From: Nemertoderma westbladi
Lineage: Eukaryota > Animalia > Xenacoelomorpha
Direction of reading: 5' to 3'
Length of the DNA: 64,000 nucleotides
Assembly: GCA_032718475.1 (NCBI GenBank)
Contig: JAUCBJ010008402.1
Coordinates: 62,001 to 126,000, forward strand
The translations under genes were made by a program, and so were the position numbers. Positions 28,501-43,500 of this stretch are shown here, one piece after another. How positions within the stretch are numbered: the first letter of the stretch is position 1; every line of letters begins with the position of its first letter. The notes under the pieces are model-generated. The model was given only the letters and a program-made list of their open reading frames with translations. It did no database searches and was not told the DNA's origin.

Positions 28501-31500
28501 CAGCTACCATCCTTCCAGCTGCCCACTGTAAACTGTAAGATAACCTCAGCTACCAACCTTCCAGCTGCCCAAGGTAAACTGTAAGATAACCTCAGCTACC
28601 AACCACCCAGCTGCCCACTGTAAGCTGTAACATATACTCTGCTAGCAACCACCCAGCTGCCCACTGTAAGCTGTAACATATACTCTGCTAGCAACCACCT
28701 AGCTGCCCACTGTAAACTGTAAGATAACCTCAGCTACCAACCTTCCTTCCAGCTGCCCACTGTAAACTGTAAGATAACCTCAGCTACCAACCTCCTCCAG
28801 CTGCCCACTGTAAACTGTAAGATAACCTCAGCTACCAACCTTCCTTCCAGCTGCCCACTGTAAACTGTAAGATAACCTCAGCTACCAACCTTCCAGCTGC
28901 CCACTGTAAACTGTAAGATAACCTCAGCTACCAACCTCTCCAGCTGCCCAACTGTAAACTGTAAGATAACCTCAGCTACCAACCTTCCTTCCAGCTGCCC
29001 ACTGTAAACTGTAAGATAACCTCAGCTACCAACCTCCCAGCTGCCCACTGTAAACTGTAAGATAACCTCTGCTACCAACCACCCAGCTGCCCACTGTAAA
29101 CTGTAAGATAACCTCAGCTACCAACCTCCCAGCTGCCCACTGTAAACTGTAAGATAACCTCAGCTACCAACCTTCCAGCTGCCCACTGTAAACTGTAAGA
29201 TAACCTCAGCTTCCAACCTTCCAGCTGCCCACTGTAAACTGTAAGATAACCTCAGCTACCAACCACCCAGCTGCCCACTGTAAACTGTAAGATAACCTCA
29301 GCTACCAACCTTCCAGCTGCCAACTGTAAACTGTAAGATAACCTCAGCTACCAACAACCCAGCTGCCCACTGTAAACTGTAAGATAACCTCAGCTACCAA
29401 CCTTCCAGCTGCCCACTGTAAACTGTAAGATAACCTCAGCTACCAACCTTCCGGCTGCCCACTGTAAGCTGTAACATATACTCTGCTAGCAACCACCCAG
29501 CTGCCACTGTAAACTGTAAGATAACCTCAGCTACCAACCTTCCGGCTGCCCACTGTAAACTGTAAGATAACCTCAGCTACCAACCTTCCGGCTGCCCACT
29601 GTAAGCTGTAACATATACTCTGCTAGCAACCACCCAGCTGCCACTGTAAACTGTAAGATAACCTCAGCTACCAACCTTCCAGCTGCCCACTGTAAACTGT
29701 AAGATAACCTCAGCTACCAACCTTCCGGCTGCCCACTGTAAGCTGTAACATATACTCTGCTAGCAACCACCCAGCTGCCACTGTAAACTGTAAGATAACC
29801 TCGGCTACCAACCTTCCAGCTGCCCACTGTAAGCTGTAACATATACTCTGCTAGCAACCACCCAGCTGCCACTGTAAACTGTAAGATAACCTCAGCTACC
29901 AACCTTCCAGCTGCCCACTGTAAACTGCAAGATAACCTCAGCTACCAACCTTCCAGCTGCCCACTGTAAACTGTAAGATAACCTCAGCTACCAACCTTCC
30001 GGCTGCCCACTGTAAGCTGTAACATATACTCTGCTAGCAACCACCCAGCTGCCACTGTAAACTGTAAGATAACCTCAGCTACCAACCTTCCAGCTGCCCA
30101 CTGTAAACTGCAAGATAAGCTCAGCTACCAACCTTCCAGCTGCCCACTGTAAACTGTAAGATAACCTCAGCTACCAACCTTCCAGCTGCCCACTGTAAAC
30201 TGTAAGATAACCTCAGCTACCAACCACCCAGCTGCCCACTGTAAACTGTAAGATAACCTCAGCTACCAACCTTCCAGCTACCCACTGTAAACTGTAAGAT
30301 AACCTCGGCTAACAACCATCCTTCCAGCTGCCAACTGTAAACTGTAAGATAACCTCAGCTACCAACCTTCCAGCTGCCCACTGTAAACTGTAAGATAACC
30401 TCAGCTACCAACCTTCCAGCTGCCCACTGTAAACTGTAAGATAACCTCAGCTACCAACCTTCCAGCTGCCCACTGTAAACTGTAAGATAACCTCAGCTAC
30501 CAACCTTCCAGCTGCCCACTGTAAACTGTAAGATAACCTCAGTTACCAACCACCCAGCTGCCACTGTAAACTGTAAGATAACCTCAGCTACCAACAACCC
30601 AGCTGCCCACTGTAAACTGTAAGATAACCTCAGCTACCAACCTTCCAGCTGCCCACTGTAAACTGTAAGATAACCTCAGCTACCAACCTCCTAGCTGCCC
30701 ACTGTAAACTTAAGATAACCTCAGCTACCAACCTTCCTTCCAGCTGCCAACTGTAAACTGTAAGATAACCTCAGCTACCAACCTCCCAGCTGCCCACTGT
30801 AAACTGTAAGATAACCTCAGCTACCAACCACCCAGCTGCCCACTGTAAACTGTAAGATAACCTCAGCTACCAACCTTCCTTCAAGCTGCCAACTGTAAAC
30901 TGTAAGATAACCTCAGCTACCAACCTCCTAGCTGCCCACTGTAAACTGTAAGATAACCTCAGCTACCAACCTTCCTTCCAGCTGCCAACTGTAAACTGTA
31001 AGATAACCTCAGCTACCAACCATCCTTCCAGCTGCCCACTGTAAACTGTAAGATAACCTCGGCTACCAACCTCCCAGCTGCCCACTGTAAACTGTAAGAT
31101 AACCTCGGCTACCAACCTCCCAGCTGCCCACTGTAAACTGTAAGATAACCTCAGCTAACAACCTCCTAGCTGCCCACTGTAAACTGTAAGATAACCTCAG
31201 CTACCAACTACCCAGCTGCCCACTGTAAACTGTAAGATAACCTCAGTTACCAACCACCCAGCTGCCCACTGTAAGCTGTAACATATACTCTGCTAGCAAC
31301 CACCCAGCTGCCACTGTAAACTGTAAGATAACCTCAGCTACCAACAACCCAGCTGCCCACTGTAAACTGTAAGATAACCTCAGCTACCAACCACCAAGCT
31401 GCCCACTGTAAACTGTAAGATAACCTCAGCTACCAACCTTCCAGCTGCCCACTGTAAACTGTAAGATAACCTCAGCTACCAGCCTTCCTTCCAGCTGCCC

Positions 31501-34500
31501 ACTGTAAACTGTAAGATAACCTCAGCTAACAACCTTCCAGCTGCCCACTGTAAACTGTAAGATAACCTCAGCTACCAACCTTCCAGCTGCCCACTGTAAA
31601 CTGTAAGATAACCTCAGCTACCAGCCTTCCTTCCAGCTGCCCACTGTAAACTGTAAGATAACCCCAGCTACCAACCTCCCAGCTGCCCACTGTAAACTGT
31701 AAGATAACCTCAGCTACCAACCTTCCTTCCAGCTACCAACTGTAAACTGTAAGATAACCTCAGCTACCAACCTCCCAGCTGCCCACTGTAAACTGTAAGA
31801 TAACCTCAGCTACCAACCACCCAGCTGCCCACTGTAAACTGTAAGATAACCTCAGCTACCAACCTCCCAGCTGCCCACTGTAAACTGTAAGATAACCTCA
31901 GCTACCAACCTCCTAGCTGCCCACTGTAAACTGTAAGATAACCTCAGCTACCAACCTTCCTTCCAGCTGCCAACTGTAAACTGTAAGATAACCTCAGCTA
32001 CCAACCTCCCAGCTGCCACTGTAAACTGTAAGATAACCTCAGCTACCAACAACCCAGCTGCCCACTGTAAACTGTAAGATAACCTCAGCTACCAACCTTC
32101 CAGCTGCCCACTGTAAACTGTAAGATAACCTCAGCTACCAACCTCCCAGCTGCCCACTGTAAACTGTAAGATAACCTCAGCTACCAACCTTCCAGCTGCC
32201 CAAGGTAAACTGTAAGATAACCTCAGCTACCAACCTCCCAGCTGCCCACTGTAAACTGTAAGATAACCTCAGCTACCAACCTTCCTTCCAGCTGCCAACT
32301 GTAAACTGTAAGATAACCTCAGCTACCAACCTTCCAGCAACCCACTGTAAACTGTAAGATAACCTCAGCTACCAACCTTCCTTCCAGCTGCCAACTGTAA
32401 ACTGTAAGATAACCTCAGCTACCAACCTCCCAGCTGCCCACTGTAAACTGTAAGATAACCTCAGCTACCAACCTTCCAGCTGCCCACTGTAAACTGTAAG
32501 ATAACCTCAGCTACCAACCTCCTAGCTGCCCACTGTAAACTGTAAGATAACCTCAGCTACCAACCTCCCAGCTGCCCACTGTAAACTGTAAGATAACCTC
32601 AGCTACCTTCCTTCCAGCTGCCAACTGTAAACTGTAAGATAACCTCAGCTACCAACCTTCCAGCTGCCCAAGGTAAACTGTAAGATAACCTCAGCTACCA
32701 ACCACCCAGCTGCCCACTGTAAGCTGTAACATATACTCTGCTAGCAACCACCCAGCTGCCCACTGTAAGCTGTAACATATACTCTGCTAGCAACCACCTA
32801 GCTGCCCACTGTAAACTGTAAGATAACCTCAGCTACAACCTTCCTTCCAGCTGCCCACTGTAAACTGTAAGATAACCTCAGCTACCAACCTTCCTTCCAG
32901 CTGCCCACTGTAAACTGTAAGATAACCTCAGCTACCAACCTTCCTTCCAGCTGCCCACTGTAAACTGTAAGATAACCTCAGCTACCAACCTTCCAGCAAC
33001 CCACTGTAAACTGTAAGATAACCTCAGCTACCAACCTTCCTTCCAGCTGCCAACTGTAAACTGTAAGATAACCTCAGCTACCAACCTTCCTTCCAGCTGC
33101 CAACTGTAAACTGTAAGATAACCTCAGCTACCAACCTCCCAGCTGCCCACTGTAAACTGTAAGATAACCTCTGCTACCAACCACCCAGCTGCCCACTGTA
33201 AACTGTAAGATAACCTCAGCTACCAACCTCCCAGCTGCCCACTGTAAACTGTAAGATAACCTCAGCTACCAACCTTCCAGCTGCCCACTGTAAACTGTAA
33301 GATAACCTCAGCTTCCAACCTTCCAGCTGCCCACTGTAAACTGTAAGATAACCTCAGCTACCAACCACCCAGCTGCCCACTGTAAACTGTAAGATAACCT
33401 CAGCTACCAACCTTCCAGCTGCCAACTGTAAACTGTAAGATAACCTCAGCTACCAACAACCCAGCTGCCCACTGTAAACTGTAAGATAACCTCAGCTACC
33501 AACCTCCCAGCTGCCCACTGTAAACTGTAAGATAACCTCAGCTACCAACCTTCCAGCTGCCCACTGTAAACTGTAAGATAACCTCAGCTACCAACCTTCC
33601 AGCTGCCCACTGTAAACTGTAAGATAACCTCAGCTACCAACCACCCAGCTGCCCACTGTAAACTGTAAAATAACCTCAGCTACCAACCTTCCAGGTGCCC
33701 ACTGTAAACTGCAAGATAACCTCAGCTACCAACCACCCAGCTGCCCACTGTAAACTGCAAGATAACCTCAGCTACCAAACTTCCTTCCAGCTGCCCACTG
33801 TAAACTGTAAAATAACCTCAGCTACCAACCTTCCAGGTGCCCACTGTAAACTGTAAGATAACCTCATCTACCAACCTTCCTTCCAGCTGCTCACTGTAAA
33901 CTGTAAGATAACCTCAGCTACCAACCTTCCAGCTGCCCACTGTAAACTGTAAGATAACCTCAGCTACCAACCTTCCAGCTGCCCACTGTAAACTGTAAGA
34001 TAACCTCAGCTACCAACCATCCAGCAACCCACTGTAAACTGTAAGATAACCTCAGCTACCAACCTCCCAGCTGCCCACTGTAAACTGTAAGATAACCTCG
34101 GCTACCAACCTTCCAGCTGCCCACTGTAAACTGTAAGATAACCTCAGCTACCAACCATCCAGCTGCCCAAGGTAAACTGTAAGATAACCTCAGCTACCAG
34201 CCTTCCAGCTGCCCACTGTAAACTGTAAGATAACCTCAGCTACCAACCACCCAGCTGCCCACTGTAAACTGTAAGATAACCTCAGCTACCAACCATCCAG
34301 CTGCCCACTGTAAACTGTAAGATAACCTCGGCTACCAACCTTCCTTCCAGCTGCCCACTGTAAACTGTAAGATAACCTCAGCTACCAACCATCCAGCTGC
34401 CCAAGGTAAACTGTAAGATAACCTCAGCTACCAACCTTCCTTCCAGCTGCCCACTGTAAACTGTAAGATAACCTCAGCTACCAACCTTCCTTCCAGCTGC

Positions 34501-37500
34501 CCACTGTAAACTGTAAGATAACCTCAGCTACCAACCTTCCAGCTGCCCACTGTAAACTGTAAGATAACCTCAGCTACCAACCATCCAGCTGCCCAAGGTA
34601 AACTGTAAGATAACCTCAGCTACCAACCTTCCTTCCAGCTGCCCACTGTAAACTGTAAGATAACCTCAGCTACCAACCTTCCTTCCAGCTGCCCACTGTA
34701 AACTGTAAGATAACCTCAGCTACCAACCTTCCAGCTGCCCACTGTAAACTGTAAGATAACCTCAGCTACCAACCTTCCAGCTGCCCACTGTAAACTGTAA
34801 GATAACCTCAGCTACCAACCATCCAGCTGCCCAAGGTAAACTGTAAGATAACCTCAGCTACCAACCTTCCTTCCAGCTGCCCACTGTAAACTGTAAGATA
34901 ACCTCAGCTACCAGCCTTCCAGCTGCCCACTGTAAACTGTAAGATAACCTCAGCTACCAACCACCCAGCTGCCCACTGTAAACTGTAAGATAACCTCAGC
35001 TACCAACCTTCCAGCTGCCCACTGTAAACTGTAAGATAACCTCAGCTACCAACCACCCAGCTGCCCACTGTAAACTGTAAGATAACCTCAGCTACCAACC
35101 TTCAGCTGCCCACTGTAAACTGTAAGATAACCTCAGCTACCAACCTCCCAGCTGCCACTGTAAACTGTAAGATAACCTCAGCTACCAACCACCCAGCTGC
35201 CACTGTAAACTGTAAGATAACCTCAGCTACCAACCTTCCAGCTGCCCACTGTAAACTGTAAGATAACCTCAGCTACCAACCATCCAGCTGCCCACTGTAA
35301 ACTGTAAGATAACCTCAGCTACCAGCCTCTCCAGCTGCCCACTGTAAACTGTAAGATAACCTCAGCTACCAACCTCCCAGCTGCCCACTGTAAACTGTAA
35401 GATAACCTCAGCTACCAACCTTCCAGCTGCCCACTGTAAACTGTAAGATAACCTCAGCTACCAACCTCCCAGCTGCCCACTGTAAACTGTAAGATAACCT
35501 CAGCTACCAACCACCCAGCTGCCACTGTAAACTGTAAGATAACCTCAGCTACCAACCTTCCAGCTGCCCACTGTAAACTGTAAGATAACCTCAGCTACCA
35601 ACCTCCCAGCTGCCCACTGTAAACTGTAAGATAACCTCAGCTACCAACCTCTCCAGCTGCCACTGTAAACTGTAAGATAACCTCAGCTACCAACCTTCCA
35701 GCTGCCCACTGTAAACTGTAAGATAACCTCAGCTACCAACCATCCAGCTGCCCACTGTAAACTGTAAGATAACCTCAGCTACCAACCTTCCAGCTGCCCA
35801 CTGTAAACTGTAAGATAACCTCAGCTACCAACCTCCAGCTGCCCACTGTAAACTGTAAGATAACCTCAGCTACCAACCTCCCAGCTGCCCACGTGTAAAC
35901 TGTAAGATAACCTCAGCTACCAACCTTCCTTCCAGCTGCCCACTGTAAACTGTAAGATAACCTCAGCTACCAACCTTCCAGCTGCCCACTGTAAACTGTA
36001 AGATAACCTCAGCTACCAACCTTCCAGCTGCCCACTGTAAACTGTAAGATAACCTCAGCTACCAACCTTCCAGCTGCCCACTGTAAACTGTAAGATAACC
36101 TCAGCTACCAACCTCCCAGCTGCCCACTGTAAACTGTAAGATAACCTCAGCTACCAACCTTCCTTCCAGCTGCCCACTGTAAACTGTAAGATAACCTCAG
36201 CTACCAACCTTCCTAGCTGCCCACTGTAAACTGTAAGATAACCTCAGCTACCAACCTCCCAGCTGCCCACTGTAAACTGTAAGATAACCTCAGCTACCAA
36301 CCTTCCAGCTGCCCACTGTAAACTGTAAGATAACCTCAGCTACCAACCACCCAGCTGCCCACTGTAAACTGTAAGATAACCTCAGCTACCAACCTACCCA
36401 GCTGCCCACTGTAAACTGTAAGATAACCTCAGCTACCAACCTTCCAGCTGCCCACTGTAAACTGTAAGATAACCTCAGCTACCAACCACCCAGCTGCCCA
36501 CTGTAAACTGTAAGATAACCTCAGCTACCAACCTTCCTTCCAGCTGCCCACTGTAAACTGTAAGATAACCTCAGCTACCAACCTCTTCCAGCTGCCCACT
36601 GTAAACTGTAAGATAACCTCAGCTACCAACCTTCCTTCCAGCTGCCCACTGTAAACTGTAAGATAACCTCAGCTACCAACCTTCCTTCCAGCTGCCCACT
36701 GTAAACTGTAAGATAACCTCAGCTACCAACCTCCCAGCTGCCCACTGTAAACTGTAAGATAACCTCAGCTACCAACCACCCAGCTGCCCACTGTAAACTG
36801 TAAGATAACCTCAGCTACCAACCTCCCAGCTGCCCACTGTAAACTGTAAGATAACCTCAGCTACCAACCACCCAGCTGCCCACTGTAAACTGTAAGATAA
36901 CCTCAGCTACCAACCTCCAGCTGCCCACTGTAAACTGTAAGATAACCTCAGCCACCAACCTTCCAGCTGCCACTGTAAACTGTAAGATAACCTCATCTAC
37001 CAGCCACCCAGCTGCCCACTGTAAACTGTAAGATAACCTCAGCTACCAACCTTCCAGCTGCCCACTGTAAACTGTAAGATAACCTCAGCTACCAACCTTC
37101 CAGCTGCCCACTGTAAACTGTAAGATAACCTCAGCTACCAACCATCCAGCTGCCCACTGTAAACTGTAAGATAACCTCAGCTACCAACCTTCCAGCTGCC
37201 AACTGTAAACTGTAAGATAACCTCAGCTACCAACAACCCAGCTGCCCACTGTAAACTGTAAGATAACCTCAGCTACCAACCTCCCAGCTGCCCACTGTAA
37301 ACTGTAAGATAACCTCAGCTACCAACCTTCCAGCTGCCCACTGTAAACTGTAAGATAACCTCAGCTACCAACCTTCCAGCTGCCCACTGTAAACTGTAAG
37401 ATAACCTCAGCTACCAACCACCCAGCTGCCCACTGTAAACTGTAAAATAACCTCAGCTACCAACCTTCCAGGTGCCCACTGTAAACTGCAAGATAACCTC

Positions 37501-40500
37501 AGCTACCAACCACCCAGCTGCCCACTGTAAACTGCAAGATAACCTCAGCTACCAAACTTCCTTCCAGCTGCCCACTGTAAACTGTAAAATAACCTCAGCT
37601 ACCAACCTTCCAGGTGCCCACTGTAAACTGTAAGATAACCTCATCTACCAACCTTCCTTCCAGCTGCTCACTGTAAACTGTAAGATAACCTCAGCTACCA
37701 ACCTTCCAGCTGCCCACTGTAAACTGTAAGATAACCTCAGCTACCAACCTTCCAGCTGCCCACTGTAAACTGTAAGATAACCTCAGCTACCAACCATCCA
37801 GCAACCCACTGTAAACTGTAAGATAACCTCAGCTACCAACCTCCCAGCTGCCCACTGTAAACTGTAAGATAACCTCGGCTACCAACCTTCCAGCTGCCCA
37901 CTGTAAACTGTAAGATAACCTCAGCTACCAACCATCCAGCTGCCCAAGGTAAACTGTAAGATAACCTCAGCTACCAGCCTTCCAGCTGCCCACTGTAAAC
38001 TGTAAGATAACCTCAGCTACCAACCACCCAGCTGCCCACTGTAAACTGTAAGATAACCTCAGCTACCAACCATCCAGCTGCCCACTGTAAACTGTAAGAT
38101 AACCTCGGCTACCAACCTTCCTTCCAGCTGCCCACTGTAAACTGTAAGATAACCTCAGCTACCAACCATCCAGCTGCCCAAGGTAAACTGTAAGATAACC
38201 TCAGCTACCAACCTTCCTTCCAGCTGCCCACTGTAAACTGTAAGATAACCTCAGCTACCAACCTTCCTTCCAGCTGCCCACTGTAAACTGTAAGATAACC
38301 TCAGCTACCAACCTTCCAGCTGCCCACTGTAAACTGTAAGATAACCTCAGCTACCAACCATCCAGCTGCCCAAGGTAAACTGTAAGATAACCTCAGCTAC
38401 CAACCTTCCTTCCAGCTGCCCACTGTAAACTGTAAGATAACCTCAGCTACCAACCTTCCTTCCAGCTGCCCACTGTAAACTGTAAGATAACCTCAGCTAC
38501 CAACCTTCCAGCTGCCCACTGTAAACTGTAAGATAACCTCAGCTACCAACCTTCCAGCTGCCCACTGTAAACTGTAAGATAACCTCAGCTACCAACCATC
38601 CAGCTGCCCAAGGTAAACTGTAAGATAACCTCAGCTACCAACCTTCCTTCCAGCTGCCCACTGTAAACTGTAAGATAACCTCAGCTACCAGCCTTCCAGC
38701 TGCCCACTGTAAACTGTAAGATAACCTCAGCTACCAACCACCCAGCTGCCCACTGTAAACTGTAAGATAACCTCAGCTACCAACCTTCCAGCTGCCCACT
38801 GTAAACTGTAAGATAACCTCAGCTACCAACCACCCAGCTGCCCACTGTAAACTGTAAGATAACCTCAGCTACCAACCTTCAGCTGCCCACTGTAAACTGT
38901 AAGATAACCTCAGCTACCAACCTCCCAGCTGCCACTGTAAACTGTAAGATAACCTCAGCTACCAACCACCCAGCTGCCACTGTAAACTGTAAGATAACCT
39001 CAGCTACCAACCTTCCAGCTGCCCACTGTAAACTGTAAGATAACCTCAGCTACCAACCATCCAGCAACCCACTGTAAACTGTAAGATAACCTCAGCTACC
39101 AACCATCCATCTGCCCACTGTAAACTGTAAGATAACCTCAGCTACCAACCATCCAGCTGCCTAAGGTAAACTGTAAGATAACCTCAGCTACCAGCCTTCC
39201 AGCTGCCCACTGTAAACTGTAAGATAACCTCAGCTACCAACCTCCCAGCTGCCACTGTAAACTGTAAGATAACCTCAGCTACCAACCTTCCAGCTGCCCA
39301 CTGTAAACTGTAAGATAACCTCAGCTACCAACCTCCCAGCTGCCACTGTAAACTGTAAGATAACCTCAGCTACCAACCACCCAGCTGCCACTGTAAACTG
39401 TAAGATAACCTCAGCTACCAACCTTCCAGCTGCCCACTGTAAACTGTAAGATAACCTCAGCTACCAACCATCCAGCTGCCCACTGTAAACTGTAAGATAA
39501 CCTCAGCTACCAACCTTCCAGCTGCCACTGTAAACTGTAAGATAACCTCAGCTACCAACCTTCCAGCTGCCCACTGTAAACTGTAAGATAACCTCAGCTA
39601 CCAACCATCCAGCTGCCCACTGTAAACTGTAAGATAACCTCAGCTACCAACCTTCCAGCTGCCCACTGTAAACTGTAAGATAACCTCAGCTACCAACCAT
39701 CCAGCTGCCCACTGTAAACTGTAAGATAACCTCAGCTACCAACCTCCCAGCTGCCCACTGTAAATGTAAGCTGTAAGATAACCTCAGCTACCAACCTTCC
39801 TTCCAGCTGCCCACTGTAAACTGTAAGATAACCTCAGCTACCAACCTTCCAGCTGCCCACTGTAAACTGTAAGATAACCTCAGCTACCAACCTTCCAGCT
39901 GCCCACTGTAAACTGTAAGATAACCTCAGCTACCAACCTTCCAGCTGCCCACTGTAAACTGTAAGATAACCTCAGCTACCAACCTTCCAGCTGCCCACTG
40001 TAAACTGTAAGATAACCTCAGCTACCAACCTTCCTTCCAGCTGCCCACTGTAAACTGTAAGATAACCTCAGCTACCAACCTTCCTTCCAGCTGCCCACTG
40101 TAAACTGTAAGATAACCTCAGCTACCAACCTTCCAGCTGCCCACTGTAAACTGTAAGATAACCTCAGCTACCAACCTTCCAGCTGCCCACTGTAAACTGT
40201 AAGATAACCTCAGCTACCAACCATCCAGCTGCCCAAGGTAAACTGTAAGATAACCTCAGCTACCAACCTTCCTTCCAGCTGCCCACTGTAAACTGTAAGA
40301 TAACCTCAGCTACCAGCCTTCCAGCTGCCCACTGTAAACTGTAAGATAACCTCAGCTACCAACCACCCAGCTGCCCACTGTAAACTGTAAGATAACCTCA
40401 GCTACCAACCTTCCAGCTGCCCACTGTAAACTGTAAGATAACCTCAGCTACCAACCACCCAGCTGCCCACTGTAAACTGTAAGATAACCTCAGCTACCAA

Positions 40501-43500
40501 CCTTCAGCTGCCCACTGTAAACTGTAAGATAACCTCAGCTACCAACCTCCCAGCTGCCACTGTAAACTGTAAGATAACCTCAGCTACCAACCACCCAGCT
40601 GCCACTGTAAACTGTAAGATAACCTCAGCTACCAACCTTCCAGCTGCCCACTGTAAACTGTAAGATAACCTCAGCTACCAACCATCCAGCAACCCACTGT
40701 AAACTGTAAGATAACCTCAGCTACCAACCATCCATCTGCCCACTGTAAACTGTAAGATAACCTCAGCTACCAACCATCCAGCTGCCTAAGGTAAACTGTA
40801 AGATAACCTCAGCTACCAGCCTTCCAGCTGCCCACTGTAAACTGTAAGATAACCTCAGCTACCAACCTCCCAGCTGCCACTGTAAACTGTAAGATAACCT
40901 CAGCTACCAACCTTCCAGCTGCCCACTGTAAACTGTAAGATAACCTCAGCTACCAACCTCCCAGCTGCCACTGTAAACTGTAAGATAACCTCAGCTACCA
41001 ACCACCCAGCTGCCACTGTAAACTGTAAGATAACCTCAGCTACCAACCTTCCAGCTGCCCACTGTAAACTGTAAGATAACCTCAGCTACCAACCATCCAG
41101 CTGCCCACTGTAAACTGTAAGATAACCTCAGCTACCAACCTTCCAGCTGCCACTGTAAACTGTAAGATAACCTCAGCTACCAACCTTCCAGCTGCCCACT
41201 GTAAACTGTAAGATAACCTCAGCTACCAACCATCCAGCTGCCCACTGTAAACTGTAAGATAACCTCAGCTACCAACCTTCCAGCTGCCCACTGTAAACTG
41301 TAAGATAACCTCAGCTACCAACCATCCAGCTGCCCACTGTAAACTGTAAGATAACCTCAGCTACCAACCTCCCAGCTGCCCACTGTAAATGTAAACTGTA
41401 AGATAACCTCAGCTACCAACCTTCCTTCCAGCTGCCCACTGTAAACTGTAAGATAACCTCAGCTACCAACCTTCCAGCTGCCCACTGTAAACTGTAAGAT
41501 AACCTCAGCTACCAACCTTCCAGCTGCCCACTGTAAACTGTAAGATAACCTCAGCTACCAACCTTCCAGCTGCCCACTGTAAACTGTAAGATAACCTCAG
41601 CTACCAACCTTCCAGCTGCCCACTGTAAACTGTAAGATAACCTCAGCTACCAACCTTCCTTCCAGCTGCCCACTGTAAACTGTAAGATAACCTCGGCTAC
41701 CAACCTCCTAGCTGCCCACTGTAAACTGTAAGATAACCTCAGCTACCAACCACCCAGCTGCCCACTGTAAACTGTAAGATAACCTCAGCTACCAACCTTC
41801 CAGCTGCCCACTGTAAACTGTAAGATAACCTCAGCTACCAACCACCCAGCTGCCCACTGTAAACTGTAAGATAACCTCAGCTACCAACCACCCAGCTGCC
41901 CACTGTAAACTGTAAGATAACCTCAGCTACCAACCTTCCAGCTGCCCACTGTAAACTGTAAGATAACCTCAGCTACCAACCACCCAGCTGCCCACTGTAA
42001 ACTGTAAGATAACCTCAGCTACCAACCTTCCTTCCAGCTGCCAACTGTAAACTGTAAGATAACCTCGGCTACCAACCTCTTAGCTGCCCACTGTAAACTG
42101 TAAGATAACCTCAGTTACCAACCTTCCTTCCAGCTGCCCACTGTAAACTGTAAGATAACCTCAGCTACCAACCTTCCTTCCAGCTGCCCACTGTAAACTG
42201 TAAGATAACCTCAGCTACCAACCTCCCAGCTGCCACTGTAAACTGTAAGATAACCTCAGCTACCAACCACCCAGCTGCCCACTGTAAACTGTAAGATAAC
42301 CTCAGCTACCAACCTCCCAGCTGCCACTGTAAACTGTAAGATAACCTCAGCTACCAACCACCCAGCTGCCCACTGTAAACTGTAAGATAACCTCAGCTAC
42401 CAACCTCCCAGCTGCCAACTGTAAACTGTAAGATAACCTCAGCCACCAACCTTCCAGCTGCCCACTGTAAACTGTAAGATAACCTCATCTACCAGCCACC
42501 CAGCTGCCCACTGTAAACTGTAAGATAACCTCAGCTACCAACCTTCCAGCTGCCCACTGTAAACTGTAACATATACTCAGCTAACAACCACCCAGCTGCC
42601 CACTGTAAGCTGTAACATATACTCAGCTAGCAACCACCAAGCTAGCTGCCCACTGTAAGCTGTAACATATACTCAGCTAACAACCACCCAGCTGCCCACT
42701 GTAAGCTGTAACATATACTCAGCTAGCAACCACCCAGCTGCGCACTGTAAGCTGTAACATATACTCAGCTAGCAACCACCCAGCTGCGCACTGTAAGCTG
42801 TAACATATACTCAGCTAGCAACCTCCCAGCAGCCCATTGTAAGCTGTAAATTATACTCAGCTAGCAACCACCAAGCTGCCCACTGTAAGCTTTAACATAT
42901 ACGCAGCTAGCAACCTCCCAGCAGCCCACTGTAAGCTTTAACATATACTCAGCTAGCAACCACCAAGCTGCCCACTGTAAGCTGTAACATATACTCAGCT
43001 ACCAACCTTCCAGCTGCCCACTGTAAACTGTAACAATACTCAGCTAGCAACCACCCAGCTGCCCACTGTAAACTGTAACATATACTCAGCTACCAACCTT
43101 CCAGCTGCCCACTGTAAACTGTAACATATACTCAGCTAGCAACCTCCCAGCAGCCCATTGTAAGCTGTAAATTATACTCAGCTAGCAATCACCAAGCTGC
43201 CCACTGTAAGCTGTAACATATACTCAGCTAGCAACCTCCCAGCAGCCCATTGTAAGCTGTAAATTATACTCAGCTAGCAACCACCCAGCTGCCCACTACT
43301 GTAAGCTGTAAATTATACTGAGCTAGCAACCACCAAGCTGCCCACTGTAAGCTGTAACATATACTCAGCTGGAAACCTCCCAGCAGCCCATTGTAAGCTG
43401 TAAATTATACTCAGCTAGCAACCACCAAGCTGCCCATTGTAAGCTGTAAATTATACTCAGCTAGCAACCACCAAGCTGCCCACTGTAAGCTGTAATATAT

